Shown piece after piece: positions 51,131 to 62,600 of a DNA stretch of 64,000 bases (its first letter is position 1; every line of letters starts with the position of its first letter). Under the pieces are notes generated by a model, which was not told where the DNA came from, searched no databases, and saw nothing but the letters and a program-made list of their open reading frames with translations. Source of the stretch: Rhizodiscina lignyota. Lineage: Eukaryota. The position numbers and the translations under genes are program-made. Location of the stretch: NCBI GenBank assembly GCA_010015805.1, contig ML978123.1:248001-312000 (forward strand), written 5' to 3'.

Positions 51131-52171
51131 GTTTCAAGATTGGTAAATTCAGACTAATTCTGCTGCAATAGTGTATGGAGGAGAGAGAAGGTGAGACGCG
51201 AAGCAAAGGAATCGGGACGATGCAAATCAGCTACCTACAAGTACTGTAGGCTTATATGCTTATCAGAGCATGTATAGAGAGGTGGAAAGGCAGGAACACC
51301 ACGGCAGCGGTGAATAGAATAAGGCAACGGAATGCATCATAACATGCATTTTCCGGTCAGCCAGCTGATATGGAAGCCTTGCAGATCTTGTGTCCAAGCC
51401 TGCATGGGTTGAGTTCTAGATAGAAAGAAGATGGAATCTGACCGGAAGGCATGATGTCACATGTCAGGCGTATGATGACTAATAGGTGGTCAGAGGTATC
51501 TAGAACTCCAGCAGTTTGCCTGAAAGATCTTCTCCTGAGCCGCAAGGTGTCCCTGCAACTCGCTTTAGCGCTCGTATTTGCCAGCGCATCTGTGATACTA
51601 CACAGTCCAGCTCAAGAATGCTCAGGTAGTCACTTCGCCTACATCATTGCTCCACATATTGCACAGCAATGACTCGAATACTTCGGAGAAGGAATCTCTT
51701 TGGCAGCAGACTTTCAGGAGATAGCACTTGCTTCTCGTCAATACCGTAGATTGAGATCGTCCTCATTCCGCAAATTGCAGGTGCAAGCACCTCTAAGAAA
51801 TCAAAGCCTACTGGTTTCCTCCAATCAGACTCCCTCTCAAGCATCTACAGTAATGACATGTGGCGCGTGGCCAAACTCAGGAAACTCATGTCAAAAAAGT
51901 GTGAATGTCAGCCTTTTCGACTGACCTCTTACGTGTTGTTTGACTATTCGTATATGTACTGTGGTTATAGGTAATGGTAGGATATTGGTCGCGCTCTTAT
52001 CAGCTTGTCCAAACGACACGGACACAGCACACAATAGGCCTGTAAGCCAGAATGATCACCTCGCGAAAAGCTACGCCGAGAACTCGAGGAATGGGTGATA
52101 GCAAGCTGACGACAGTATATAGATGAGCATTATCCCTACGGGAGACAGTTCTTTAGTAAATCTCGTCCAGG

Positions 52172-52270
52172 GAGGACACTGAGAGGATACTGAAAGGATA
52201 TCGAGAGGATATCGAGAGGATATCGAGAGGATATCGAGAGGATATCGAGAGGATATCGAGAGGATATTGA
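52172..52270. repeat. 11-bp tandem minisatellite (GAGGATATCGA), 9 units
   Basis: Five perfect units 52205-52259 flanked by four degenerate units. Confidence 0.95.
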
Positions 52271-52355
52271 CATATTTGAGTCAGATAGGAGAGCCCATCT
52301 GCTGAGCCTATCGTTCTTCCAATTCGATTCGCTCTTGTACCAAAGTTGATTAGAT

Positions 52356-52627
52356 CTAATCTGGTTTGTGCATGCGTGCAGATGGCCCACTCTTCTTAAG
52401 TCTGCCATATCTTAGTTCGCAAGCTCGGTTGGTTCTGTTTGGAAGACTTTTTGCAATGTCATCCCAGTTCGGTTTGGATCCAGGCTTCACGAGACTAGTA
52501 AGCTTTTGATCTTCGGCAGATGTCCATAGCCTCGGCAGCGCTTGAAGTGGTCCTTTCGCTGGAAGGGTGTTTCTGCTTTGAGGGGTTCGTTGCAGTGCGT
52601 GTGCTTGATTTTGGAGGCGCATTCCAT
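52356..52627 (-). CDS. Myb/SANT domain exon (probably the last exon of the upstream HET gene)
   Basis: WTSAEDQKLTSLV...WDDIAKSLPNRTNRACELRY Myb repeat, preceded by CTAAC...TAG acceptor at 52628. Confidence 0.65.
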
Positions 52628-53005
52628 CTATGTCATGTTAGATCCTCAACAATACTGGGTTCAATTCGACCGACATTCGCCTAGCTTATATAGAACATAT
52701 TTCTTAGAGCCCAGCGTGGGTTCAGACTCAAAACTGATTGATCGTTTCACGTTGTCCTCTTTAGAAACGTTCGCATCGACAAGCTCTCGTGTACTTGCGA
52801 TACACACTGGTCGTTCAGGAGCAAAACGTTCTGACATGGTTCCGCTTCTTTCTCGTTTTAGTGCTGAAATCGAGATATCACTTGTTACCGTGTCTAAAAT
52901 GTCATCGGCTTTATCAGCAAGTTTTCTAAGCCGACCTGTAAGGAGATGCTCGTCCTTGGAATGCGGTAATGATGAGAAGTCTACTCATTGTTAGTCACTC
53001 GCGAA

Positions 53006-53818
53006 TCATGAGCCAGATTCGGCTTTTTCGACTGTAGCAATACCATGAGTTATTCGCAGGTTCAATGCATCTTGGTGTGTTTGCCGTTTTGCTATCTCTT
53101 CCCTGAGTCGCAGCATCGCGTGCTCTTCTCCTTCACCATAGAGAGTTGGTAAGAAAACTCCAAACAGTCCCCACAGACAGTACGCCTTATCCTCCTTGCG
53201 CGTTGTCTTACGTTCAACTGCCCAGCGCATTCGCTCCTCGATATCCAATTCGAAAAGACTCTGACCTCTCAGAGCTTGTATAGCAATAGAAGTAATCGTA
53301 TGAATTTCCTGCTCTAGTGACATTTTACTGCCCAGTCGCTTACCCTCCCTGGAAAAGAACTCAACCACAGGTGGTGCTAGCAGCTCCTGTAAGGTCCAGC
53401 CTCGAGTAAACCATCGGCTGCGTCGGAAAGCTTCCTCCCATGTTATTCGATATTTCTCGGTGTCAGTGACTTCGTCAGGCACATGTACATCCGAAAGATA
53501 CACATAACACTTGACAGCCCGCTTATACCACTTGAACATCGAATTAACCGCAGTGGCGAGCTCGTCACTGGTTGATTTATCAATGCAGCAGGTATCTACC
53601 CAGGAGTATTCGATATTATCCTCGGCGGCCTTGTCCATACAAAATGTAATCTTTGCGAAGCCAGTCTTTCCGTTGCTATTGCCAGCCAGAAGCTCATTGT
53701 ATGTGACTTCGTTGCCGTCACTCCAGGTATGAGAGAGGATAGCATATCGAGGAGGATCGTCGTCGTCGAAGAGGGTCAGCTCTACGTGGCCGGTCGGCGA
53801 GCGCTTCAGCAGGCGCAT
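53006..53818 (-). CDS. HET-domain protein (HET-E N-terminal type)
   Basis: MRLL...PPRYAILSHTW...WVDTCCIDKS..ELATAVNSMFKWY..AVKCYVYLSDV...SRWFTRGWTLQELLAP...RKTTRKEDKAYCLWGLFGV..YGEG; may continue by splicing to 52356. Confidence 0.92.
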   Translation of the reverse strand: MRLLKRSPTGHVELTLFDDDDPPRYAILSHTWSDGNEVTYNELLAGNSNGKTGFAKITFCMDKAAEDNIEYSWVDTCCIDKSTSDELATAVNSMFKWYKRAVKCYVYLSDVHVPDEVTDTEKYRITWEEAFRRSRWFTRGWTLQELLAPPVVEFFSREGKRLGSKMSLEQEIHTITSIAIQALRGQSLFELDIEERMRWAVERKTTRKEDKAYCLWGLFGVFLPTLYGEGEEHAMLRLREEIAKRQTHQDALNLRITHGIATVEKAESGS

Positions 53819-54354
53819 GGTTAAGTCCACATGTTCTAGTATGAGCAAAGAAGTATGGTGTATGAGCTGTCATTTCGCATAGCGCCAGCTTGATGGGAGA
53901 CAGCTGCGCACATAGCACAACTCTTTATGGTTTGATCACAGCCTGGTGGTCGATCTCAACTGTGTCAGCCCCCACAGGCCGCCAGTCTACAACTTAGATA
54001 AGCTTCGACAGGCATCAACTATGGCGCAGCACAGCTCGTCTTGATGTGGCTTAGCCTCGATGTTATAATACAGGCTGATATCAGCACGCTAGCCATTCTT
54101 AGGTTTTAGGGGAGCTGGGGCTGTGGATCAGTTGCATCGATCCCCACACAGGTAACAGAGCCTACGGGAAGCCTTTTAGTGCGCAGATCATAGATAGGTG
54201 AAAAGCTGAGGCTAGATTCTACACTAAGGAGGGCCTTCTAAATAGGTTGCGGGTGCACGTGCACGCAGCATCTAGAGCCTCCGAGTGCCAAGAAGTACCC
54301 GTGGCGTCGACAGGTAGGGAGTCCCGAATTAAGGCACTATCAAGGCCGAATCAC

Positions 54355-54490
54355 GCTAGCTCAGGCTGCGCCCATCCCAGCTCGCGGCAGCTCAGGCTGT
54401 GCTCAAACTTGCTTATGCATACTCAGTGTGGCTCAGCCACAGCTCAGGCTGCTGACTCAGCGCTCAAGTTACACCCCTGCGTAACTCACG
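54355..54490. mobile_element. Degenerate GCTCA array ending in CACCCCTG; possible hAT-like transposon end relic
   Basis: Several gctca/actca cores in ~130 bp, terminating at CACCCCTG (54472-54479; reverse complement CAGGGGTG fits the YARNG hAT terminus pattern). No transposase seen. Confidence 0.35.
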
Positions 54491-55573
54491 CCCAAAAGCA
54501 GAAGTAGACTTTATATGAGGTTACTTTGTCCTTGAGTATATTCCGCTATGCGCGACGGAGCGCCTATCAGGATATCCCGGTACCAAGCGTTTCCACTTTC
54601 CATTAGTACTGCTCTCCTCAGTTCCATCATTTGCGAACAGTCCGTACTCGCGATCTCTCATCATCTCCCTTCAAGCTCGCAGAGTTCACCCACCGGAACA
54701 TATCAATATTAGCACTGGATCACTTCCACGGAACATCCGGAAGCCAATGAAGTAGTAAGACCATGATACCCGACCCATCAGGCGGCCGTATCTCTCATTA
54801 TTTGCATTCCTTTACTGTGCAGGAGATAGTGCGAGTTATCGTCAGTGGCAGTAGAGCTTGCATTGAAAACTTGTAGAAAGAGATGGACCAAAGCAGTGTA
54901 TTAGAAAGGCACTCAAACACGGCTTCTACCAAAGGATCTGGAGACATTTATATATTGAACTGGGATGCCTGAACAAAGCATGAAACCGGGCCGGCAAGTC
55001 AAAAGACTTCCAATTAGAAATTAGGAGAGAATCACCCATGCTTGGGATATACGCATCCTACGATGATCACCTGTCTGGAACGATTCGACCGCATTTCAAA
55101 TTGGAATATTTGTACAGAATTGGGCGTAAGTATAAGATGGCAATGAGGATGACTCTGATGAATACTTGAAAGTTCTCGTATACTAATTGGGTTGGAGATA
55201 GAACACGAGTGATTCCACTGACTCTACACTTTGCCTCTACTGGCTCTTAACATCCTAGATGAATCTCGTATATCTGTCAGACTGTCACAGTCTTTGCAAG
55301 TTCATTTCTACTTTGCTTGTGTTCTGTATCCTGTATCTAATGCTTCGCCTCTCGGCAACACGAGGCATATGACACATGACCATCAATAAAACCGACAGTA
55401 TCAAGACGCCCTTGACTCAACCAACTTTTCCACCTTCATAACTTCTGTTACCACACAACTAATGATTCCTCTCGGCGAGAGTTCTAGCGGCAATCTCCGG
55501 TTACGTGTCACGGCAAAATCTCTTTGAGATGATACTTCAATACGATAGCTATACTACCTTAGATTCTACATAG

Positions 55574-56110
55574 ATGACGTCGAACACAAACACGCAAACC
55601 GCTCGCAGCTTAATGGATCTGCCGATGGAGCTACGCCAGGAGATCTTCATGGACGCCTCCAGGGTGGTACTACCTCTGAAAGCCCTACGGCCCCTCGATT
55701 CCATGCGCCAACAGTTTAGGGATGCGCGCAATGTAATCTGTGCTCTAGTGTCTTTGAATCGGCAGGCAAGAGCAGATATGGGCCATATCGTAAAGTTCCG
55801 CGAGAAAGAGTGGAGAGCCATTCGCCGCTATCATAACTTCGGTCATGTTCACGTGCCCCATGAAAGCCGAGAAGTGCAGGTTACCGTCGCTTGGCACCCT
55901 GGATTGAATCTCAGTATACAATACGTGGCGCATCTCGTGCGCATCCTCAAGGCTAAAGAAAACCTCCGTACAATACAGGTGCAGGTTACGTGGCCAGGAA
56001 CTATGCATCAAGCCGGCATATTTGGATATAAGGATCGGACCATACAATCAAACGGAACATGGAACCGATTGCGAAGGGATTCTGAATTGGATATGACATA
56101 TAGAGGATAG
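55574..56110 (+). CDS. Hypothetical protein with N-terminal F-box-like motif
   Basis: SLMDLPMELRQEIF matches the L..LP.E.R..I pattern; remainder unrecognised. Confidence 0.5.
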   Translation: MTSNTNTQTARSLMDLPMELRQEIFMDASRVVLPLKALRPLDSMRQQFRDARNVICALVSLNRQARADMGHIVKFREKEWRAIRRYHNFGHVHVPHESREVQVTVAWHPGLNLSIQYVAHLVRILKAKENLRTIQVQVTWPGTMHQAGIFGYKDRTIQSNGTWNRLRRDSELDMTYRG

Positions 56111-56618
56111 AAAAATAAAGAGAGGTTCGGGGTCTAAAAAGATCTGTAAAGCAACTGGCTACATACACTGAATTCTTCTCCTTTGCTTAATGGATCTTGA
56201 TAAGGGTCATCAAAACTATGTCTAGAACTAAATTCATTTGGCTGCCTCATATGACCTGTGAGTTTATGCTGCTCCGTATTGTGAGATAAAAGGACGAAGT
56301 TGGCGTTTACATGTGAAACTCGAATTCCGCCGGCGGAGCGGAATCTTCAAAATGCTTGGCGAGGCGACCTGCTTCCCAAGGCCAGCTTGGGTACACGTCG
56401 AAAGAAATATCAAAACTCCAAATGCCACACATTGCCATTCTTTTACAGTTTCTAGGTACCAGCTGTACGATGCTTCTCGCATTCCCTTGGTGATCTTTTC
56501 ACAACGTTCATAGCCATATTTTGAACTTTCCGCGAATCCTCCGACACCACTCCGTCATCCAACAATCCCCTTGAACATTTCCCCCGTATACGTTCACAAC
56601 CGCCGAAAGTCTCTCACG

Positions 56619-59033
56619 ATGCCTAGAATTCGTCCAACGACCTCAGGCTATGCTCGCATAGCGCAGGCGGAGGAAGAGGAGGAGGAGGATCCGCTTCAAT
56701 ACCACGACGAAGAAGATCCATACAATGCGCCAACTTCAATGTCCACCCCTGGGGCGAGATTTGCACCCATACAGCCAACACGGTCGCGGGGAATGGATGC
56801 AAGTGGAAGCACAACTCCAGTAAAGTCAAGGCGGTCATCAGGGCCTCTAAAAAACCGACCTCGACGAAGCAATTCCGGCGTAGATATAAAGGCAATCAAT
56901 GCACGATTGGAACGATGGGCGGATGAGATTGCATCCAAGTTCAAGAGACGGCGGAGGGATAGAGAATCTGATGATGAGCTGCCCGAAATAGAACATTCAG
57001 TTTTCCAGGCGCCGGAGGGGATAAAGCCTGTGACCGCTGAGGACTTGGCTGCCTACGAGGCAGAGCCAGGAACGCGGCTCTCCAAGCTCGAGTTTGACGA
57101 CATTGTGGAGAGCGTGAGGGTTGCCATAGAGCTTGGGACCCATCCGAAGCTCATTTCACAAGGCAGCTCTGGCAGCTACTTTGCACGTAATGGCGATGGT
57201 AAAGTTGTCGGCGTTTTCAAGCCGAAGGACGAGGAGCCTTACGCTTCAAGGAATCCCAAGTGGACCAAATGGATACACCGAAACCTTTTCCCATTCTTCT
57301 TTGGACGCGCTTGTTTGATACCTAATCTCAGCTATATTTCGGAAGCAGCAGCGTACGTTCTCGACACGCAGTTACGAACTAACATTGTTCCATACACAGA
57401 CATTGTATCATTATCTTCGAAATCTTTCCATTACGACTTTTGGGACAGGCGAGCTTACTATCGAAAACGGAAGCCATTTCCTGAGAAGGTTGGCAGCTTT
57501 CAGTACTTCCTCAAAGGCTACAAAGATGCAACTGTGTTCCTAAAAGAGCACCCATGGCCCGACCAGCAAAATAGCCATTTGCAGTCTGGATCAACTTCAA
57601 GAAAGAAAAAACGTCGCTGGGCGGAAGACTGTAGACCTGGTGGAGCAAAAGAGTCTGACGATGAGGACGATTACAACCATGGCCGCCAACAGTCTTCTAG
57701 TCAGGAGCGTCACAAGAGGGACGTGTTTTGGACGGAATCCCTTCAGCAGTCATTTCGCGAGCAATTAGAGAAACTCGTCATTCTCGACTACATAATGCGA
57801 AATACCGATCGTGGATTGGATAACTGGATGATCAGGATCGACCGAAGAACACAAGAGGTCGATATCGTTGTGGATCCTCCAAAGCCTTACACCGATGCTC
57901 AAGATGAATCTTCACACTCCTCAAATGGTCATGTCATCTCTGAAGCCGACGCATACAAACGCCAGCAACCAATGTCTACCACCTCACGTTCTTCAACTCC
58001 TTCTACAGCTACCCCGGAAGCGTCCGTTTCACTGGGGGCAATTGATAACAGTCTCTCTTGGCCTTGGAAGCACCCAGACGCCTGGCGTTCTTATCCTTTC
58101 GGATGGCTCTTCTTACCCGTATCACTCATTGGCCAGCCATTCTCCGAAAGCACCAGACAACACTTTCTCCCTCTTCTCACCTCAAAGAAATGGTGGGCAG
58201 AGACACAACTCGCTCTCCGCAAGTGCTTTACTGTAGACTCGGATTTCCAGGAGAAGATGTACGCAAGGCAAATTGCAGTAATGAAAGGGCAAGCCTGGAA
58301 TGTCGTAGAGACGCTCAAGACGCCTGACCACGGACCACTTGAACTCACTAGAAGAACTAGAGTATGCGTGTGGGACGACATTGTCGATATCCCCGTTGTT
58401 CCCGTGCCCCTGCGCGCTTCGAGTCCAGACATCCGAAAGCGCGCGCAAGAGCGGGAACGGGACCGGCGGAAGAATGTCGCATTTGATGAAGAGGACGAGA
58501 TGGATATTAGCGCCGCAAGAGATCAGGCAGCAACGCCAACAAGGCAGTCGCAGGATCTCCTGGGCCTGGGAAGTCCATCGCTAGAGGAGAATCGGTTCAA
58601 CATGTCGAGGCATAGTAGCTCCAATAATGTTCGCGACAGTCTAGATTCGATGAACGGACCCTTGTCCCCATCTGCTGTCCAGCAGATTTCCTGGTCTGCG
58701 TCCACCAACACAGTGCCCAAGTCCTTCGCGTCTTCTCAAAGGGTGAGACCGGCACCGTACCAGTCACGCATGAGCTACGAAGAGCCGCGACGATATCAGC
58801 GACAGCAATTGAGTCCTGAGAGCCGCAGAAGGAGACTCAGCTTGCAGATGCGTAGGGGCAGTAATGCGCTGAGCGCGGCATTCGGACTGGGTGGCGATGG
58901 TGATGCTGAGGGAGATGAGGATGGAGATCTGGGGTATAGTGCTGCGGAAGGGAGGGAAGGTATGAGGAAGAAAGTGATTATGGAACGACTGGAGACGGTG
59001 AAAAGTAAAAAGCCGTTCTTTGAGTGGTGTTGA
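56619..59033 (+). CDS. LSB6: Phosphatidylinositol 4-kinase type II
   Basis: ISQGSSGSYF, VFKPKDEEPY, FFGRACLIPN.SYISEAAA, LVILDYIMRNTDRGLDNW, AIDNSLSWPWKHPDAWRSYPFGW. Confidence 0.95.
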   Translation: MPRIRPTTSGYARIAQAEEEEEEDPLQYHDEEDPYNAPTSMSTPGARFAPIQPTRSRGMDASGSTTPVKSRRSSGPLKNRPRRSNSGVDIKAINARLERWADEIASKFKRRRRDRESDDELPEIEHSVFQAPEGIKPVTAEDLAAYEAEPGTRLSKLEFDDIVESVRVAIELGTHPKLISQGSSGSYFARNGDGKVVGVFKPKDEEPYASRNPKWTKWIHRNLFPFFFGRACLIPNLSYISEAAAYVLDTQLRTNIVPYTDIVSLSSKSFHYDFWDRRAYYRKRKPFPEKVGSFQYFLKGYKDATVFLKEHPWPDQQNSHLQSGSTSRKKKRRWAEDCRPGGAKESDDEDDYNHGRQQSSSQERHKRDVFWTESLQQSFREQLEKLVILDYIMRNTDRGLDNWMIRIDRRTQEVDIVVDPPKPYTDAQDESSHSSNGHVISEADAYKRQQPMSTTSRSSTPSTATPEASVSLGAIDNSLSWPWKHPDAWRSYPFGWLFLPVSLIGQPFSESTRQHFLPLLTSKKWWAETQLALRKCFTVDSDFQEKMYARQIAVMKGQAWNVVETLKTPDHGPLELTRRTRVCVWDDIVDIPVVPVPLRASSPDIRKRAQERERDRRKNVAFDEEDEMDISAARDQAATPTRQSQDLLGLGSPSLEENRFNMSRHSSSNNVRDSLDSMNGPLSPSAVQQISWSASTNTVPKSFASSQRVRPAPYQSRMSYEEPRRYQRQQLSPESRRRRLSLQMRRGSNALSAAFGLGGDGDAEGDEDGDLGYSAAEGREGMRKKVIMERLETVKSKKPFFEWC

Positions 59034-59614
59034 TTGGGGCATGGGATATTGGTATTCTTTCGGTTGTTCGGTCCGAACTAGCGGTCTAGCATTATCATTG
59101 GCGCTGGTTGTATGAGTGTGCTGGATACTGCTGTTTGTATGAGAATAAGCAATTCACGTGAAAGAGACACATAGTCAACGATCAAAACATTTTTGGTGGT
59201 CTCGTTGAAAGTTTTGATGACGACAGAGCACTGGTGTTGTGATTCGTCTCACACTTATTGATGGACCGAGCCGCCACCAGAGCCTCAAGACCCCTGTCGC
59301 ATCAGCGGTCGCTGCCTCTGACCTTCAAGACTCACCACCCATGGACGCGACATTTAATTCTCCCTTCTCAGCTCTTTCCATCTTCACTCCTCCTCTTCAC
59401 ACAATCATTCAACGCTGGGGCCTTAAATCATTCACACGGCCAGCGTTCTTCCTCCCTGAATCTTTGCGCACCCCTTCACTCGGCGGCGCACCTCTTATAT
59501 TCGATTGCCACATTCACTCTGGCCCAAATCGAAACTGGATCACGACAACTTCCGCCTATATAAATCCACCAACCTCCTCGATTGACTAATCTTTTTCAAC
59601 CTCTTGCAGTTGAC

Positions 59615-62600
59615 ATGAACCCGGCCCAACTACTGAACCCCAAGGCCTTTATCAAGTCAAAAAAGGGTACTACTTATTCTTTTTACCTCCCAACTTCTCC
59701 CACCTTCTTCAATAACCTCTATCACCAACAACCTTCTTCAACATATTTCCCATCTTCGATCTCATAGACCAACAACAAGTGAACATCATCAACGACTTTT
59801 ACTCTCACGTATCTCTCATCTATATCCGCATTGACATTGTCATCTGTGGCGATGGAAGGGAGCACATCACATTTCCGAGACAGCTCTCCGGCCCCTCTCA
59901 GTGTCAGCGGCGCTATCGAGGACAATGGTGATGGTGACTACGGTCTTTCACTCTACGACCATGCTCTGGTCGCGAATGACAGCAGCTCTCGCCAGGACTC
60001 CTTCGCCACTTCACTAAGTCACGTGGCTGCAGTTTCAGGGCTAACAAATATTGAAGATGCAAAGAAGCCGAGTAAGGATGCTTCTCTTCAAGATGGCGTT
60101 CAACCCATCACCACCCCGACTTTCGATCCATCCGCCTTGCTTAATCCAAGATCTGCGAAGCGCCCAGCACCCGAGTCCGAGCCCAGCAAAGACGCGCCAG
60201 CGCATCAGACCACCGCATCAGAGTCCTCGGTAGGTATGGATTCTATGCTTGAGCGCGTGCACAATGTTCAGCAGCGTCAAGACCAGCCTTTGAGCAAGAA
60301 GCGCAAGGTCCAACCTACCACGACAGAAGAAGTGGAGGAAGAAGAGGTACAAGAGCCAGGAGCCAAAACCTTTGAGGGCTTTGGGACAGGTAGCATGCTG
60401 TCCGGGTACATCAAAGAGCAGCGGGCCGAAGGACAGAAGGAGGCTATCTCGAATGGCAGCGCTGCTGCTGTCATTGACTTGACGAATGGTGAGATATACC
60501 GATCGCTTTGATGGATTACTTTGACTGATGGGCATAGATGACGATACCAAAGATAATGGTGACGACGACGATTTGATAGTTCTTAGCGACAACAGCAAGC
60601 GCGAGGTCTGCCTTGGTCGAATCGATGGGGCCGCTATCAACGTGCACGTGGTTCCAAGCCCCGGCAATTGGAAGGGCGCAGCTGGAATATTCCCGGCTAT
60701 CAAAACGAAACTCCAGAGGACGGTTGGTCCAAACAACCTTATCATTTCGGCTTTCGACCCTACAGGCAAACTGTTCGGCAAAGTTGACTTCCGAGTGGCC
60801 CGAGTGCTTGCACCACTCATGGACCCGCAGCATCCAATGAAAGTCCGCGCTGTTGCTCGAATTGACGTGCGAAAAAGACTGCATGGTGAAAACCCCGGAC
60901 AACCAACATCTCAGAATCTACCTCTACAGTTGAATATCTGCGCACCCCGATGCCATGCGGAGAGCATTGGAAAATTCCTTAGTCAACGCAATCTCTGGCT
61001 TAGAGCCCCCAAGTTTCTAGAGAAAGGCATGGAAATTGTCAACCCCCATGATCCCAAGAAGGTGGCTCGTCCACTTGGCGGTGCAACAACCTCTGGTATC
61101 GTTAGCAGTGGTCCAGGGTATATGACCCGAACAGTCGAAGAAGTCCGCAGCGAGGTTCTTGGAATGTTTGACTCGCTAACAAAAGATGACGATATACCGA
61201 TACGCAAACAGCCTGATAAGATCACAACTAAACTGCTTCATCACCAGGAACAAGCACTGTGGTTTCTCTGGGATCGCGAACAGCAGCGCGATATTGAGGA
61301 TGAGAGCGACTCGGTGTCTCTTTGGCGAATTCATCACCGCAAGAACGGCACGCAAGTCTATTACAATGTCATCTCCGGGCATGAGTATGCTCAAGAGCCT
61401 GATCCCCCTCTTGGCGGCATCCTCGCAGATGTTATGGGACTTGGCAAAACTTTGAGCATCCTCTCACTCATTGTCGACACTAATCTTCAAGCGAGGAAGT
61501 TTGGCAGGGGTCATGCTCCAGAAGACCTCAAGAGGAACATGAAAGGAACGCTTCTGGTATGTCCTATGAGCACAACTGCCAATTGGGAGCAACAAGTCAA
61601 GCAGCATCTTGCTCCAGATACGCTAAAGGTATTGATCTATCATTCATCGAACCGCACCAAAGACTATGAGGACTTAGCGATGTATGACCTCGTCATCACT
61701 ACGTATCAGACCATCGCTGCCGACTTCCGTCGCAGCGAGGATTCCGCCAAGCCTCTGCACGAGGTGAATTGGTTCCGTATCGTGCTTGATGAGGCGCATC
61801 AAATCCGCAACGCTACTACTGGCATGGCATTAGCAGCGTGCGCTTTGTCCGCAAGCCGCCGCTGGGCTGTTACAGGAACTCCGGTCCAGAACCGACTTGA
61901 AGACTTGTTCGCGCTCCTCAAGTTCCTTCGACTTTCTCCGTTCGATGATAGGCAAGGCTTTCACCAGCACATCATTGCGCCATTCAAGACTGCCGATCCA
62001 GAAATTCTGCCCAAGGTTCGACTGCTTGTGGACAGCATTACTCTTCGACGCCTCAAGGACAAGATCGATCTTCCACAGCGACATGACAATTACGTATACC
62101 TCGACTTTACGGCTGACGAGCGCAAGCTTTACCAATTCTTCGCCCAAGAATCTGCGAAACAGATTAGGATTGCTACCAATGGTGGCACGAGTGGACTCAA
62201 GAACAAATCTTTCGCCCATATGCTCAAGTGCATTCTCCGTCTTCGACAGATCTGTGCACATGGCTTAGATCTTCTTACGGATGAGGATATCAAGATGACG
62301 GAAGGCCTCAGCGCGGACAATGCTATCGACATCCTCGACGAAGACGATGATGACAACGGCGTAGAGCAGAAGCCAATCATGACTAAATACCAAGCATACG
62401 ATATGGTCGGCCTGCTTCGCGAGAGTGACATGGCAGTTTGCTCTAAATGTCGGAATGCAATCGACGTCAACGAGGCCAAGCCCGCCGGTCCAGAGGAGCC
62501 AGCCCCAGCGATCACCGTCGAATCATCAGAAACTGAAGAGGAAGTAGTCGAAAACACCCTCGGCTTCATGACTCCCTGCTATCAGATCATCTGCCCAGCC

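Noticed and set aside
52172..52270. Tandem repeat as a CRISPR-like array
   Set aside because: Units are contiguous with no spacers, and the genome is eukaryotic.
54500..55500. Possible decayed coding sequence
   Set aside because: No open frame or motif I can assign.
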